Shown here: positions 61,266-64,000 of the stretch, in pieces
How the letters are laid out: each line of letters starts with the position of its first letter
Numbering within the stretch: position 1 is the stretch's first letter
NCBI GenBank assembly: GCA_964016885.1
Contig: OZ024743.1
Span: 47,678,001-47,742,000, forward strand
DNA length: 64,000 nt
Origin: Eledone cirrhosa
Lineage: Eukaryota
Direction of reading: 5' to 3'
Notes under the pieces: generated by a model
Told to the model about the DNA's origin: nothing
Seen by the model: the letters and a program-made list of their open reading frames with translations, nothing else
Database searches by the model: none
Program-made: the position numbers and the translations under genes

Positions 61266-62847
61266 CATAACTTGCATCTAGTTAGTTATGAATTCTCAAT
61301 TATAACAAGTCTAATGTTGTTATTGTTACTGTTTAGCATTAGCCAGTTTTTATTCAGCAGACCTCTGATTAAAATCATTCCAGCTATGACCATCCTGACT
61401 TATTTTCAAGAGTTGTATCTTAAAACTCTACCCAATGTGTCATTTTCTCATGACAGCAGGGTACATCTAACCCTAATTTCTGCTTCAGCATCAAAACTCA
61501 ACTTAAAATGCTTGTTGGTGTTGGTAGAGTATATCTTGAAGGAAAGTTTGCTGCTATTTCTAGCAGTTTCAACGACCACATAGAGGCACCCTTGCTGGTT
61601 AGGATGTTCACTTTACAGCCATATGGTGTGATGTTTGATTTTACTGTGTAATACCTCAGGGCAAGTGCCATTTACTCTAGACTTGGGTAGCCTTGAGAAT
61701 GGAATTTGGAAGATAGAACTGATAGGATGTCAACCATGCAGATGTATATATTAACCATTTATAGTGTATGTGTCAGTGTGTGTTTGTATATATTTAAGTC
61801 TATGTGTGAGTCTGTGTTAGCCACCACAAGTATCTTCATATCAACACCATTTAAAAGCATGTTTCTCAGCAATTTATGCACAGGCACACCTATGTGGTTT
61901 TGGGTGTAGTCCTACTACACAACCTTTTGAACAAGTGCTTTCTACTATGGTTTCGGGTTAGCCAACCAATGACTTGTGAGTGAAATTTGGTAGATGGAAA
62001 CTGCAGAAGCTTGTCATATATATACATATATATATATGTAGATAAATCTACCAAAATATACGGTAGTGTCCAATCCGTATGAAGAACTCAATGTAATCCA
62101 AATATCATGAAAAGAGAAGATGTATTCAAAATTTTTTTGATGAAAAACACAGGAAAACAGAGTCAAGATAAATTAATAAAAATAATGAATAAAAACAAAG
62201 AAACAGTTCCTAATATTAAAAAATTCATCATTTTACGATCGTTTCTAGGATATATATGTGTGTGTTGGTATGTATATCATATAGATCTATGTAAAATTTT
62301 TACAAACTATCAGAGGGAATATACATACCTACACATATATATACTGTCTTCAGAAATAATGATATTTGTTCATTGAAAAAAAACCAACAAAGATTTAATA
62401 TAATAGGTCTGTTTGGGAACAGGTTTTGAATTGACCAATAGAAAGGTAGTAAGTGGTCAAGATGATAGTAGTAATAGAAATTTAATTTATATATATATAT
62501 AGGGTGTCCCCCAAAAATGTACACACACTTTAACAGCATTCTAATAAATACGTGTATATATTTTGGGGGGACATGTCCCACATGTTGTTTAATTATATAA
62601 ATATATATGGTTGACATTAAGAAGGGCATCATCCAACAATATACAGTTCTGCATGAGCAAGACACAGTCATCTGATCTGACATGTCTGACAATAGGACAA
62701 CTTGTCAAACCCATGCTAGCGTGGAAAAATGGACGTTAAATGGTGATGTGTGTGTGTGTGTGTATGTGTTTATGCTTAAGTCTGTCTGTGTTTATGTCCT
62801 GTAACCTAGCAGTTCAACAAATAAAATAAGGGGTTCAATAAAATATA

Positions 62848-62982
62848 CACGTGTATATCATCACTCATACACTGTTCATTTTCCTGACATTTGTACATTA
62901 TTCTATGTACTATACATGCACCTTTGATGAGTTGTAGTGCACCTGAGCACTGTACACAATAATTTCATTATTATTATTATTA
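62848..62982 (+). mobile_element. CR1 3'UTR/tail fragment
   Basis: Matches 3995-4128, with (ATT)n tail. Confidence 0.8.
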
Positions 62983-63541
62983 TTTTATAAGAACCAGACT
63001 CAAAAAATAAGTACTGAGTTTGATATGGTAGACTAAATCAAGGTAATATTTCAACATGGCTACTGTCTCCTGACAGAAACAAGTAAAGAATAAAAGTGTC
63101 GAGATATTGTGATGGAATAAACCTATCCAACCTATTTCAGCATTAACAAACAGACATAAAGCAATGATGGTGATGATAATAAATTGCAACAACTGACATT
63201 AACCCTTTTAAATACTATATTTCATTTTAGCCAAATTTCTTAGCAGAGTATCCTATTTAATGACATTTATATTAATATACAGATTTTCTCATAACTTCAA
63301 TAAAAGATATTAGTTAATATGAAACTACATTGTAACATTTTAGAAGAATTCTTTTGAATTTAATTCACTTTAAACTTATATTTGACGTATGTTATATATT
63401 TGGCTGAACATGGTCCATTAGGTAACCTATTACATAACAGTGGAAAATATGACAGTCCCAGTTTATCAACTTATAACTGACATTCAGCAAAATAGAATGT
63501 AAAAAGACACCACATATTCAAGCAAATAAATAAATTACATC

Positions 63542-63600
<59 letters not shown>

Positions 63601-63624
63601 GTATATATATATGTATATATATAG

Positions 63625-64000
63625 ATCAGGTTATGAAAGTGGCAGAAAGGATTCTAGCACAACTAATTAGAGAAAGGGTCAAACTAGATGAGATGCAGTT
63701 TGGTTTTGTGCCTGGGAAGAGTACAACAGATGCCCTCTTCTTGGTGAGACAAATGCAAGAGAGGTTCTTAGAGAAGAATAAGCCACTATACTTAGCCTTT
63801 GTTGACCTAGAGAAGGCCTTTGATAGGGTACCCCGATCTGTCATCTGGTGGTCCCTAAGGAAGCTGGGTGTTGAGGAATGGCTTGTAAGGACAGTGCAAA
63901 CTTTGTACAGAGGTACTCTCAGTAAAGTCAGGGTAGGAATGGAGTTTAGTGAGGAATTCCAGATACAAGTAGGAGTACATCAGGGTTCGGTCCTCAGCCC
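63625..64000 (+). mobile_element. RTE LINE RT fragment, runs off the window
   Basis: DQVMKVAERI..MQFGFVPG..FVDLEKAFDRVPR..GVHQGSVLS; starts directly after (TA)n. Confidence 0.9.

Overview
AT-rich, repeat-dense animal genomic DNA; the SINE/RTE-LINE families and (AT)n/(ATG)n tracts suggest an octopus or other coleoid cephalopod (inferred, not provable here). Two spliced host genes lie in tandem on the minus strand. (1) ICE1 (little elongation complex subunit 1, KIAA0947-like): 16 phase-consistent GT-AG exons from 54374 to the stop at 16639 give about 1730 codons, including a 3389-nt low-complexity exon; the 5' exons were not found and probably lie beyond the right edge. (2) MED11 (Mediator subunit 11): exons 1-2 at 7125-7044 and 4951-4811; the last exon probably lies beyond the left edge. 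The rest is transposon debris: hAT, Gypsy with its 3' LTR, a Merlin-like foldback element with an 8-bp TSD inside the Gypsy RT, RTE and CR1 LINEs, a Penelope-like element with a hammerhead ribozyme, mariner, a Helitron, piggyBac/Tigger MITEs and two SINE families. Four large unrelated minisatellite arrays each begin just upstream of an ICE1 splice acceptor. I found no clearly new multi-gene system. The best leads are the exon-adjacent arrays, a pre-miRNA-like intronic hairpin, the hammerhead ribozymes, a candidate cassette exon and inverted-SINE dsRNA stems.
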